Part shown: positions 1-11,486 of the stretch, one piece after another
How positions within the stretch are numbered: the stretch's first letter is position 1
How the letters are laid out: each line of letters begins with the position of its first letter
Assembly: GCA_965213705.1 (NCBI GenBank)
Contig: OZ243913.1
Coordinates: forward strand, 2,656,001 to 2,720,000
Length of the DNA stretch: 64,000 nt
Source of the DNA: Trueperaceae bacterium
GTDB lineage: Bacteria; Deinococcota; Deinococci; Deinococcales; Trueperaceae
Reading direction: 5' to 3'
Position numbers and translations under genes: made by a program
Notes under the pieces: model-generated
What the model was told of the DNA's origin: nothing
Seen by the model: the letters and a program-made list of their open reading frames with translations, nothing else
The model's database searches: none

Positions 1-49
1 GCACGCCCGGTTTGTCGCGGACGGTTACGCTCAAAACGTGGGTCGTCAT
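1..49 (-). CDS. ilvN: Acetolactate synthase small subunit, N-terminus (runs off window)
   Basis: ATG at 49 overlaps the ilvB stop (ATGA); translates MTTHVLSVTVRDKPGV, a typical IlvN ACT-domain start. Confidence 0.85.
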   Translation of the reverse strand, partial: MTTHVLSVTVRDKPGV

Positions 50-1758
50 GCTGGCGTCTTTTCGCCGTAGACGACCGCGTCGTGCTCCAACTCGTCCTCC
101 TGGTCGCCTAAAATCATCTCATCGACACCTGCGCCCGAAGGTACCATCGGGAAAACTTTTTCGGCTTCGTAGACGACGAAGTTCACCAACGCGGGCTTGC
201 CGGTGTTGAGCAGCTTGGGGATGAGGTCTCGAGCCGTCTCGCGGTCGAAGACGTTGTAGCCGTCGATGCCGTAGGCCTCGGCGAGCTTGGCAAAGTCGGG
301 GTTCGAGTCGGCTAAGTAAATCTCGCTGTAGCGCTGCGAGTGGAACATCTCCTGCCACTGCCGCACCATGCCGAGCACGCCGTTGTTGCAAATCGCTATC
401 AAAATCGGCAGTTGGTGTTTGTAAATCGTCGCAAGCTCTTGAATATTCATCTGAATGCTGCCGTCGCCCGCCACGCACACCACTTGCTCGCCGGGCCGCG
501 CAAAAGCCGCGCCGATGGCGGCGGGCAACCCGAAGCCCATCGTGCCCAGTCCACCCGAGGTTATCCAGGTGCGCGGTTTGCTGGTCGGAAATAATCTGGC
601 CGCGAACATCTGGTGCTGGCCGACCTCGGTCGTCACCACGCAGTCGCCGCCGGTCGCGGCCTCGAGCATCTGAATCACTTCCTGCGACACGAGCGGTTTG
701 TCGGTCTTGTAGCGCTCGGGGTACTTGCCCTTCCACTCGTCGAGGGTCTGCCACCAGTCGGCTATGTCAAGCTTTTCCAATTCCTTGCCCAACCGCGGCA
801 GCACGTCGCGCAGGTCGCCGACGACCGGCACGTGCGAGTGAACCAGTTTGGAAATCTCGGCGGGGTCGATGTCGATGTGGACGATTGAAGCCTTGGGCGC
901 GAAGCGGCTGAGCTTGCCGGTCACCCGGTCGTCGAAGCGCAGACCCGCACCCAGAATCAGGTCGCTGTGGGTAATCGCCCTGTTTGCGGTAACGGTGCCG
1001 TGCATCCCCGGCATCCCGAGCGACTGCGGCGCGCCCGCCGGGTAAGCCCCGATGCCCATGAGCGTGGTGATGACCGGAATGCCCGTTTTTTCGGCGAAGG
1101 CCATCACCTCGGGGGAAGAGGCCTGCGCGCCGCCACCAACCATCATGATAGGTTGCTTGGCCTTGCGAATCGCCTCGGCGGCCCGCTTGATTTGGCCCGC
1201 GTGGCCGGTCACGGTAGGTTTGTAACCGGGTAGATCTATTTCGACGTCGAACGTGCCCGTAAACGCAGCATTTTGAACGTCTTTGGGAACGTCGATAAGC
1301 ACCGGCCCCGGTCGCCCGGTCGAGGCGAGGTAAAAGGCTTCCTTGACGATTCTGGGGATGTCGTTAACGTCCTTGACGAGGTAGTTGTGCTTGGTGACCG
1401 GCCCGGTAATTCCGAACACGTCCGCCTCTTGAAAGGCGTCGGTGCCGATAAGGCTGCTCGGCACGTTGCCGGTGACGGCGACCAGCGCGGACGAGTCCAT
1501 GTGGGCGGTCGCCAAACCGGTGACGAGGTTCGTCGCGCCGGGTCCGCTCGTCGCGAAACACACCCCAACGCGGCCGCTGGCCCGGTAGTAGGCGTCGGCG
1601 GCGTGCGCCCCGGCCTGCTCGTGGCGCACCAGCACGTGCTGGATGGGTGAGTCGTAGAGCGCGTCGTAGACGGGCATAATCGCGCCGCCGGGATGGCCGA
1701 ACACGGTTTTCACCCCTTCGCGCTCGAGGGCTTTCAAAATGACTTCGGCACCGTTCAT
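46..1758 (-). CDS. ilvB: Acetolactate synthase large subunit (biosynthetic)
   Basis: GHPGGAI, RHEQ, TSGPGATN, GGLGTMGFG and ThDP-binding GDGS...NN motifs; SD AGGAGG. Confidence 0.97.
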   Translation of the reverse strand: MNGAEVILKALEREGVKTVFGHPGGAIMPVYDALYDSPIQHVLVRHEQAGAHAADAYYRASGRVGVCFATSGPGATNLVTGLATAHMDSSALVAVTGNVPSSLIGTDAFQEADVFGITGPVTKHNYLVKDVNDIPRIVKEAFYLASTGRPGPVLIDVPKDVQNAAFTGTFDVEIDLPGYKPTVTGHAGQIKRAAEAIRKAKQPIMMVGGGAQASSPEVMAFAEKTGIPVITTLMGIGAYPAGAPQSLGMPGMHGTVTANRAITHSDLILGAGLRFDDRVTGKLSRFAPKASIVHIDIDPAEISKLVHSHVPVVGDLRDVLPRLGKELEKLDIADWWQTLDEWKGKYPERYKTDKPLVSQEVIQMLEAATGGDCVVTTEVGQHQMFAARLFPTSKPRTWITSGGLGTMGFGLPAAIGAAFARPGEQVVCVAGDGSIQMNIQELATIYKHQLPILIAICNNGVLGMVRQWQEMFHSQRYSEIYLADSNPDFAKLAEAYGIDGYNVFDRETARDLIPKLLNTGKPALVNFVVYEAEKVFPMVPSGAGVDEMILGDQEDELEHDAVVYGEKTPA

Positions 1759-1805
1759 CGCTTCCTCCTTGTTGCCGCCCCCACCCGCTAAAGCGAGCTG
1801 GCAAG

Positions 1806-1835
1806 AAAAAACCCCGCCGGACGAAGACGGGGTTT
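1806..1835 (-). terminator. Attenuator terminator of the ilvBN leader
   Basis: Minus strand AAACCCCG-loop-CGGGGTTT followed by a T run, between the leader ORF and ilvB. Confidence 0.85.
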
Positions 1836-1855
1836 ACGCGGATGCTCAACTCTCA

Positions 1856-1921
1856 CTAAGCAGCACGACCCCGACACCCTAGAATTAGAGCGGTCAGTAG
1901 CGAAGGGGCGGTGCGGCTCAT
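1856..1921 (-). CDS. ilv leader peptide MSRTAPSLLTALILGCRGRAA
   Basis: 21-aa ORF with a Leu/Ile cluster (CTA CTG ACC GCT CTA ATT CTA) just upstream of the terminator hairpin. Confidence 0.75.
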   Translation of the reverse strand: MSRTAPSLLTALILGCRGRAA

Positions 1922-1929
1922 CAGCGGCG

Positions 1930-1958
1930 AGTATACGAAGACGGCGGCGCGGCGTCAA
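1930..1958 (-). promoter_or_regulatory. Sigma-70 promoter of the ilv leader
   Basis: TTGACG-17 bp-TATACT on the minus strand. Confidence 0.8.
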
Positions 1959-2198
1959 GCCCGGTAGGGCGCGCGGGATTGCAAAAAGTAGCAGAGGACC
2001 TAAAAAAGTAACAAAGACGGAGCAACGACAAAACTTCGCAGTTTCGGTTCATCGTTAAAGATGTCGCTACAAGCGTCGCGCACTTGTGTCAAACTGAGCT
2101 GGGTGGTTGGGGGCAGAAACGCGAGTTTCTGTTACTTGATTAAGCGCGGTTCGGGCTCTGGGAAAGCGCGGACATGCGGCAATGAGGGAGGATACGTC

Positions 2199-2474
2199 AT
2201 AGAAACTTTAAGAGTATCAGGGAGTTCGAGGCCCAACTCGGTGGCGGGTGCGGTTGCCGCCCTGTTGCGGAGCGAGGGCGAGGTCGAGGTGCAAGCCATC
2301 GGGCCGCACGCCATCAACCAGGCGGTCAAGGCGATCGCGATTGCTCGGAGCTACATCGAGGCGGAAGGCATAGACCTCTACACGCAGCCGTCGTTCGTCA
2401 AGCTCGAGCTGCAAAACGAAGAGCGCACCGCCGTCCGCTTTACGGTCACGAAAATCGACCTCGAGCCCGCCTGA
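2199..2474 (+). CDS. spoVS: SpoVS-family protein
   Basis: ETLRVSGSSRPNSVAGAVAA...QAIGPHAINQAVKAIAIAR; SD GGAGG at 2187-2191 lies 7 nt before an ATA codon; start uncertain. Confidence 0.9.
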   Translation: METLRVSGSSRPNSVAGAVAALLRSEGEVEVQAIGPHAINQAVKAIAIARSYIEAEGIDLYTQPSFVKLELQNEERTAVRFTVTKIDLEPA

Positions 2475-2616
2475 ACAAAAGCCTTTTGAGCTGTCATAAA
2501 ACCTGAGTATCATGCTGTCAAGCCGGTGGGGTCGATTTGGGGTAAACTAAATTCAAACCGCCGGCTTGCGCTGTCGGTCGTGACTTGTCAAATTCAACGT
2601 TCTGAAGGAGGACAAC

Positions 2617-3291
2617 ATGATTTTCGACCCCGTCTACCTGATTATCGGCGTCGTCTCGTTCGTCGCGTCAATAGCCATTCAGGGTTACCTGAAAAGCACC
2701 TACGGCAAGTGGATGCGCGTGGAGAACACCGCCGGGCTTACGGGTGCGGAAACGGCCAGGGCCATCCTGCACGCTAACGGTCTCGACGACGTCAAGGTCG
2801 AAGCGGTCAAAGGCCAACTGACCGACCACTACGACCCGCGCACCAAAACCGTGCGCCTGTCCGAAGGCAACTACGGTCACAAAAACGTCTCCGGCATGGC
2901 GGTCGCGGCGCACGAGGTCGGCCACGCGATTCAACACGCCAAGGCCTACGGCCCGCTGCAAATCAGAACGGCCATTTTGCCGGCTGCCAACCTCGGCTCG
3001 CAGTTCGGACCTATTGCGGCCATTTTCGGGCTGATGCTCGGTTTGGGCGGTTTGGTCAACATCGGCATCATCTTGTTCGCGGCTGCGGTCTTGTTCCAAG
3101 TGGTCACGCTGCCGGTCGAGTTCGACGCCTCACGCCGCGCGCTGGTGCAGATGAACAAACTCGGGCTCGCCACTTCCAACGACTCGGGCGGGGCGCGCCA
3201 AGTCTTGACCGCCGCCGCGCTGACCTACGTCGCCGCCGCCGCGACCTCGATTGCTTACCTGCTTTACTTTATCGGCATGAGCCGCGACTAA
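2617..3291 (+). CDS. Neutral zinc metallopeptidase, YugP-like membrane protein
   Basis: LTDHYDP, AAHEVGHAIQ (HExxH), TLPVEFDAS and AAALTYVAA motifs. Confidence 0.9.
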   Translation: MIFDPVYLIIGVVSFVASIAIQGYLKSTYGKWMRVENTAGLTGAETARAILHANGLDDVKVEAVKGQLTDHYDPRTKTVRLSEGNYGHKNVSGMAVAAHEVGHAIQHAKAYGPLQIRTAILPAANLGSQFGPIAAIFGLMLGLGGLVNIGIILFAAAVLFQVVTLPVEFDASRRALVQMNKLGLATSNDSGGARQVLTAAALTYVAAAATSIAYLLYFIGMSRD

Positions 3292-3295
3292 GACG

Positions 3296-4528
3296 ATTCA
3301 CACCGCTAGACAAACTGCCCTTCAAATCAAGCGCCGCGTCGACAGCGGCGCTTTTGCTGCGGCGGTACTGGCCTCGAGCTTGGGTGAATTGGAGGCTCGA
3401 GAGCGCGCGCTCGTCACCGACCTCGTTTACGGCACCTTGCGGCTCGAGCGCTACTTAGACGCTTGCTTGGCCCCCTTGTTGAAACGCCCTGACAAACTGC
3501 CCGCCGACGTGCTCAACGCGCTCCGCCTGGGCGCTTATGAACTCTTGATACGCGAAACGCCGCGCCGCGCGGTGGTAAACGAGTGGGTCGAGGTAACAAA
3601 ACGCGACTACGGCAAACTGAGCGGCCTCGTCAACGCAGTATTGCGCCGGCTCGAGCCCGTCGAGACCGCCCCCGCCGTGCGCTACGGTGTCCCCGAGTGG
3701 CTTTTTGAAGAGTGGGTCGAGCTTTTCGGCGCGAGTAAAGCTGAGGCTATAGCTCGAGGCATGGCCGAACCCGAACCCCTGTGGCTGCTGAGCTACCACC
3801 CGGACGCGGCGGCAAGCCTCGAGGCCGAAGGCTGCGAGGTCACCCCCGGCCCGTTGCCGGACACCCTGGCCGTCCGCCCCTCGAGACCTTTAGCTTCTCT
3901 CGAGGCCTTCAAACGCGGCTGGGTACAACCCCAAAACCCGAGTTCGACGCTGCCGGCACGACTTTTGAACTTACACCGAGGCGAGCGCGTCCTCGACCTG
4001 GCGAGCGGCAACGGCGTCAAGGGCGCGCAGCTCGCCGCGACAGGTGGCGAGGTCGTGAGCGCGGAACTGGACGCGACCAAGGTTAAACGAGCCGAGCGCA
4101 ATTTAGACCGGCTCGGCTTGACGGTTGAACACCTCGTTTACGACTTGCGTGAAGTGCCCGCGCTCGAGCCCGCCCCCAAAGTCTTGCTCGACGCGCCCTG
4201 CACCGGCACAGGCACGCTCCGCGGCAACCCGGAAATCCGCGCGCGTTTGACCCGCGAGGCTGTCACCGAACTCGCAACCCTGCAACGCGAACTGCTGAGC
4301 ACCGCCGCCGCGCTCACCGCACCGGGCGGCACGCTTGTGTACGCCGTTTGTGCCCTCACGAGGGAAGAAAGCCTCGACAACGCAAAGTGGTTTCTGGAAA
4401 AGTATCCTAACTTCGGGCTCGAGTCCTTCACCACCGAACTGCCGAATCTCCAAACCGAGACCGGCACCTTTGTTTTACCTCTCGACGGCTTGGACAGCTT
4501 TTTTATCGCCCGTTTCAAGCGAGCTTGA
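3296..4528 (+). CDS. rsmB: RsmB/NOP family RNA m5C methyltransferase with NusB-like N-domain
   Basis: LVYGTLR, VNAVLRR, DLASGNGVK, DAPCTGTG and YAVC motifs; frame open from 3281; start uncertain (ATT 3296 or TTG 3380). Confidence 0.85.
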   Translation: MHTARQTALQIKRRVDSGAFAAAVLASSLGELEARERALVTDLVYGTLRLERYLDACLAPLLKRPDKLPADVLNALRLGAYELLIRETPRRAVVNEWVEVTKRDYGKLSGLVNAVLRRLEPVETAPAVRYGVPEWLFEEWVELFGASKAEAIARGMAEPEPLWLLSYHPDAAASLEAEGCEVTPGPLPDTLAVRPSRPLASLEAFKRGWVQPQNPSSTLPARLLNLHRGERVLDLASGNGVKGAQLAATGGEVVSAELDATKVKRAERNLDRLGLTVEHLVYDLREVPALEPAPKVLLDAPCTGTGTLRGNPEIRARLTREAVTELATLQRELLSTAAALTAPGGTLVYAVCALTREESLDNAKWFLEKYPNFGLESFTTELPNLQTETGTFVLPLDGLDSFFIARFKRA

Positions 4529-4615
4529 TGCGGCTTCGTTCAGTATTTGGGAGACGCTTCGTCGGCCGTTTTCTGAAAAATCGTTACTTCGAGTACAAAT
4601 AAATTGGAGAATAAG

Positions 4616-5116
4616 ATGGTGCGCTTAGACGCTCGAATCGTGCCGAACGAAAGTTTGGGGGGGCTCCAATTAAGAACTAAACTTCTCGAGCTTCAGGAAC
4701 TCGTGGCTGGTTTTCTCGACCCAAGTACCTTTCGTCTCATAAGTCCTTTCAACGCAGTTTACACACTTGCAGGCGGTGCCATAAAAATAGACGTCGACGT
4801 TCGTAATGGCAAAGTCTCTATGCTTTCTGCACTACCTGGCTATAGGGGAACATTATTCGAGAAGATTTATGTAGGAATGAAGGTGAAAGATGCTTTTGCT
4901 GCAGAACCTCGTTTGTACTATGACGAATTTACGGAGACTATAGTCTGTAAGGGGGTAAAAGGTTTGTCGATTGATGTTCCGGACATTCCATTGGCCTCTA
5001 ACATCCAAGACAAATCCCTTACGTTCTCGGATCAAGTTCCAGAAATGGACATTTCGTCGATATCTGTTTTTGCAGCTGAAATCGTGAGCCCAAAGGGGAA
5101 CCGTGGCTACTGGTAG
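4616..5116 (+). CDS. Hypothetical protein, low GC
   Basis: 166-aa ORF with SD GGAG; AT-rich relative to flanks. Confidence 0.65.
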   Translation: MVRLDARIVPNESLGGLQLRTKLLELQELVAGFLDPSTFRLISPFNAVYTLAGGAIKIDVDVRNGKVSMLSALPGYRGTLFEKIYVGMKVKDAFAAEPRLYYDEFTETIVCKGVKGLSIDVPDIPLASNIQDKSLTFSDQVPEMDISSISVFAAEIVSPKGNRGYW

Positions 5117-5229
5117 GCCTAAAGTGATGCCTCTTCTTGAACTTGACATAGTTTTATTCTAGAAATCTAATCACCTGTAGAACCCCCGACAGAATCCTCC
5201 TGTTACACTCGAGGCTTGGAGGTCTCCCC

Positions 5230-6120
5230 TTGCCAAATCCTTTATTCGCCCAACTGAGCGAGCACGTCTATTACCTGCCGGGAGCCGTCAACTGCGCAGT
5301 GGTGGTGAACGGCGGCGAGGCCGTGCTGGTCGACACGGGCGGCGATAAAGACTATGGCCGCGCCCTTCGTAAAGTTTGCGACGCCCTGAACGTCTCCCCC
5401 GTCGCCGTCCTCAACACCCATTCCCACGCCGACCACTACGGCGGCAACGACTATTTGCTGCGGCAGTTCGACGTGCCGGTCTACGCGCCCGCGTTTGAGG
5501 CGGGGATTTTGCAAAATCCTTACTTAGAGCCCGTTTACCTGTTCAACGGGGCCAAGCCTCTGCCCGAACTGATGTCAAAGTGGCTCCTCGCCAAACCCTC
5601 CAGGGTAGATGTCATTTTGGAGCCGGGAACGCTCGAGCTTATCGGCTTGCCGTTCGCAATCCTCGATACCTCCGGCCACGCGCACCGGCACGTGTCGGTC
5701 AAGGTGGGTGACGTGCTCATCGCCGCCGACGCCGTATTCGGTGCGGCGGTGTTGGGCAAGTATCCACTGCCGTTCGGGCAAGACATCGGCGGGCAGATAA
5801 AGAGTGCTCGTTTGGCGGAGGTGGGGGCTCGAGTGCTGTTGCCCGGTCACGGCGAACCGACCGAAGAGATTGAAGACCTCGTTGCCCGTAATCTCGAGAC
5901 TTTTCAACGCGCCGCCGACGCGGTCGAAGCTGCTTGTCTTGGGATTTTGACTGAAGAGGTTTTGAAAGAGGTCTGTAAAACGCTAGCTATCGAAATGCTC
6001 GACTTGCCACGTTTTTACCTTAACCGTTGCGTGGTCACGGCTTATTTGAGCTACCTGCGCGACGAAGGTCGGGTCGAGGTGGCGCTACACGAGAATAGCC
6101 TTGCCTGGCGGCGGTTGTAA
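5230..6120 (+). CDS. MBL-fold metallo-hydrolase
   Basis: LVDTG, THSHADHYGG, GH, D and PGHG metal-ligand motifs; SD GGAGG. Confidence 0.9.
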   Translation: MPNPLFAQLSEHVYYLPGAVNCAVVVNGGEAVLVDTGGDKDYGRALRKVCDALNVSPVAVLNTHSHADHYGGNDYLLRQFDVPVYAPAFEAGILQNPYLEPVYLFNGAKPLPELMSKWLLAKPSRVDVILEPGTLELIGLPFAILDTSGHAHRHVSVKVGDVLIAADAVFGAAVLGKYPLPFGQDIGGQIKSARLAEVGARVLLPGHGEPTEEIEDLVARNLETFQRAADAVEAACLGILTEEVLKEVCKTLAIEMLDLPRFYLNRCVVTAYLSYLRDEGRVEVALHENSLAWRRL

Positions 6121-6183
6121 GAGGTAAGTTTTTCATTGTTCCCTTTCAACCTAACAACGAAAAACCTGCTTTCTTGACTTCGC

Positions 6184-6807
6184 TCAGCCGACCCTGAGCG
6201 TTTCCTCCGGCTCGCCTTGCAAACTTTTCATTATCGCCTCAGCGACCTCGTCCGGACTCAGGGCGTCTTTGGGCGCGGTGCCGACGTTTTTCCAGAAGTC
6301 GGTGTCGACCGCTTTGGGCAAGACGAGGGTGAACGAGGCTTTGCGCTTCATCTCGATGGTCGCAACCTCGAGCACCGCCTTCACGCCCGCCTTGGCGGCG
6401 GCGTAGACCCCGAAACCGCGGTAGGTGACGAGGTCGGGGCGTGCGCCCAAAACGAAGACCCTCGCCTCGTTGAGTTTGGGCTCGGCATACTTCAGCGTGA
6501 AAACGAGGCCGGTCAGGTTGGCATCGATGACGCGGTAATAAGCGCTCTGGTCGACCATCTTCAAAAGTTCGGGCTGGATGTCCCCGGCGGCGTAAATCAG
6601 CACGTCGACGGGTGCGACCTCCTCGAACAAGGCTTGAATTTCCAACTCGCTGGCGATGTCCGTGGGGATGACGGTGCCGTACTCGCGCAGCGCCGACAGC
6701 CGCCGCGTGTCGCGCCCGACGAGGGTGAGGGTATAATCGTCCTTCAGCCTTTTCGCCAGGGCCGTGCCGATGCCGCCGGTCGCGCCGATGAGAAGTGCGT
6801 GTTTCAT
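6184..6807 (-). CDS. Short-chain dehydrogenase/reductase
   Basis: GATGGIG Rossmann motif and YAAAK; TAAGCT 5 nt before ATG. Confidence 0.85.
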   Translation of the reverse strand: MKHALLIGATGGIGTALAKRLKDDYTLTLVGRDTRRLSALREYGTVIPTDIASELEIQALFEEVAPVDVLIYAAGDIQPELLKMVDQSAYYRVIDANLTGLVFTLKYAEPKLNEARVFVLGARPDLVTYRGFGVYAAAKAGVKAVLEVATIEMKRKASFTLVLPKAVDTDFWKNVGTAPKDALSPDEVAEAIMKSLQGEPEETLRVG

Positions 6808-6957
6808 ACCGGAGCTTAACCTCCGGGTCTCGAGCGCTACTGTAAGTAAGACGTGAAACGCGGCCTGGTAGGTTGTATCTTTATACATTCTTGCCACACG
6901 CGCCCGCCCGTCAGCCACCTTACGGTGCAAAATCGCCAGGTACGGTTTACTGGTTTC

Positions 6958-9348
<2,391 letters not shown>

Positions 9349-9365
9349 AGTTTACGAACTCGAAG

Positions 9366-9397
9366 AAGAGCCCCAACAGATTTGTTGGGGCTTTTTC
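9366..9397 (+). terminator. Intrinsic terminator after lon
   Basis: AGCCCCAACA/TGTTGGGGCT stem plus T run. Confidence 0.85.
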
Positions 9398-9446
9398 ATA
9401 TTCCAGACGCCTCACTCGAATTGTAGTGACGAAGAAATGCGACTTG

Positions 9447-10232
9447 TCACTTGGCTAAATTTTCTCTAAAACCTTTTTCTAAATAGAGACCTTTGTTAGA
9501 AAACCTATCACGTCCATCATCGAATTCTTTTGAAGCTTTATCAGCTAAACCAAACATCGACATCCTTAAAACGTCTACCTCGTAAGTCGTAGCCATATTA
9601 TCGTTTGTGAAAAGCTGTATCCCAACTCCATTAAACGAAGAGCCAAGAAGGCCAAGATCCGCGTACGGTAAGGGTTCTATCGTCAAAAAGTTAGCGATAA
9701 AAAAGTCCCCTTTACTTAGACAATTATCGTAATCTTGATAGGTACTCAAGCGAGCTGCCTGTAAGTAGCAATTCTCAAAGACATCAAGATACTTTTCACC
9801 TTTGTTGAGAGGATCCAGATATATTTTTAACCACACATCGATTTCTATAGACTCACCTGGAAAAACAGTTATGGGAATTTGTTCAGGCTTGACAAGGTCA
9901 TTATCATATAACACGATAGGAACTATCCTTCTACCAGAAGGCCTTCCATTGTATGTTTCTATTGACCTGACTTTAATAATGGAAGCCGCCTTTCTACCAT
10001 TGTTCTGAACAAGGCACTTGGCTTTAACTTTTAGAGTGGAAACCTCTCCAAACTCCTTGATGATAAATGCTTCTGATTGACTGCCAAAACTGCAATTTGC
10101 TAACAGATCACTCTCATCCTGTGCTCTAAATTGAAAATTCACCTGCCACAAAGAAAATAGAGACAAACCTATAGCTAAGGCTGCAAGTGCGGTAGTCATT
10201 TTTTCATTCGCGGTGAGTTTATTCATCTGCAT
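9447..10232 (-). CDS. Hypothetical membrane-anchored protein, low GC
   Basis: 261-aa ORF with a single N-terminal hydrophobic helix; strongly AT-rich. Confidence 0.65.
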   Translation of the reverse strand: MQMNKLTANEKMTTALAALAIGLSLFSLWQVNFQFRAQDESDLLANCSFGSQSEAFIIKEFGEVSTLKVKAKCLVQNNGRKAASIIKVRSIETYNGRPSGRRIVPIVLYDNDLVKPEQIPITVFPGESIEIDVWLKIYLDPLNKGEKYLDVFENCYLQAARLSTYQDYDNCLSKGDFFIANFLTIEPLPYADLGLLGSSFNGVGIQLFTNDNMATTYEVDVLRMSMFGLADKASKEFDDGRDRFSNKGLYLEKGFRENLAK

Positions 10233-10452
10233 CCTGTATAGTCTAAACTGATTTGAATATTCGGGTCTTCAACAAAAAGTATGATTTGTGAGGCTATACT
10301 CATGTAGTTTAATCTAGGCGCTACAAAGGATGTTTAGCCGTTATATCGTGAGTGCAAAAAGGAGTCAGGGTGTGTTTCAAAGCGTCGTCGGCCATTCAGC
10401 GCCCCTGAGCTAGGTCCGTTCAACAGCTCTGGAGTTATAATCGTTTTTCATT

Positions 10453-10653
10453 ATGCCAAGGAAAGTTCGTGAGTTGGTAAGAGACCTACGCGACGCTGGC
10501 TTTGAGCTTGTACCCGGTGCCGCCAAGGGGTCACACCGAAAGTTCGTGCATGTAAATTACTCCGGTGCCGTAACTCTCAGCGGTAAAGACGGTGATGACG
10601 CCAAAAACTATCAGGAAAAGCAGGTAAGGCGGGCAATCGAGGAGGTAGTGTAG
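10453..10653 (+). CDS. hicA: HicA-family toxin
   Basis: MPRKVRELVRDL..GF..KGSHRKF motif. Confidence 0.9.
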   Translation: MPRKVRELVRDLRDAGFELVPGAAKGSHRKFVHVNYSGAVTLSGKDGDDAKNYQEKQVRRAIEEVV

Positions 10654-10874
10654 TGAAGAGCATCGACCAGTATCATCGTTGGGTGGAGTGGAGCGACGAG
10701 GATCAAGCGTATATCGGGAAATGCCCCGATCTCATCACTGGAATTCACGGTGACGACCCGGTCCAAGTCTATAAAGAGCTAGGGGAGGTGGTACAAGAAG
10801 TCATTAACCATTTTCAACAAACAGGGCGCGAACTTCCCCTCCCGCGAACACGGCCGATGATGGAGGTGACATAG
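10653..10874 (+). CDS. hicB: HicB-family antitoxin (short form)
   Basis: VEWSDEDQAYIGKCPDL..GIHG...LPLP; adjacent to hicA. Confidence 0.85.
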   Translation: MKSIDQYHRWVEWSDEDQAYIGKCPDLITGIHGDDPVQVYKELGEVVQEVINHFQQTGRELPLPRTRPMMEVT

Positions 10875-10988
10875 TTCCTGTGGTAGTGGCACAGTGTCGA
10901 ATACCGACTCGTCGTCTCAGGTCGCCTCTGTCAAGTCTTGTGGCGGAAATCTCAGCCTCACGACGTTTCAGCGCGTAAGCTCGAGACC

Positions 10989-11486
10989 ATGAAAAAACTA
11001 CTGTTACTCGTTTTTATATTATCGTTGTCCGCCTGCTCGTTCGCGCCCATCACCGTGCCGGTCGAGGACTTTTACATTCGTACCGGCTCGAGCGGCAGCG
11101 ACGTGTGCTACACCGAAGTCACCGAGTCGGTGTCGATGAAGTTTCGCAGCGTCTTTTACGAGGGCGACGCGACCTACACACCGGGACCGAGTGTGGGCGA
11201 CAATTCTAAGGTGACGATGGCGGTGTTCGGCCGCGCCTTGGACCCGAATCCAAGCTCGAGCGACACCTTCAAGTGCGTGACGCGCAGCGACGCCGACCTG
11301 TTGCTGGCGGGCGACATCGAGCTTACGGCGAACACGAGCAAGCGCATCCGGGCCGGGGGTGGCGAGCTTGCCAAACTGGTTACACAGGAGCGGTACTGGT
11401 TGGGCGGCTCCTTGGACGACTCGAGCCTGTTCAGCTTTCCGGGTGACATCACCTTTACAAACGGCGTGGTGAAGGCGAACTTTTAG
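10989..11486 (+). CDS. Putative lipoprotein
   Basis: MKKLLLLVFILSLSAC lipobox; TAAGCT 7 nt upstream. Confidence 0.8.
   Translation: MKKLLLLVFILSLSACSFAPITVPVEDFYIRTGSSGSDVCYTEVTESVSMKFRSVFYEGDATYTPGPSVGDNSKVTMAVFGRALDPNPSSSDTFKCVTRSDADLLLAGDIELTANTSKRIRAGGGELAKLVTQERYWLGGSLDDSSLFSFPGDITFTNGVVKANF

Noticed and set aside
3331..3355. Terminator-like hairpin GCGCCGC/GCGGCGC-TTTT
   Set aside because: Lies within the probable rsmB N-terminal coding region; function cannot be decided from sequence.
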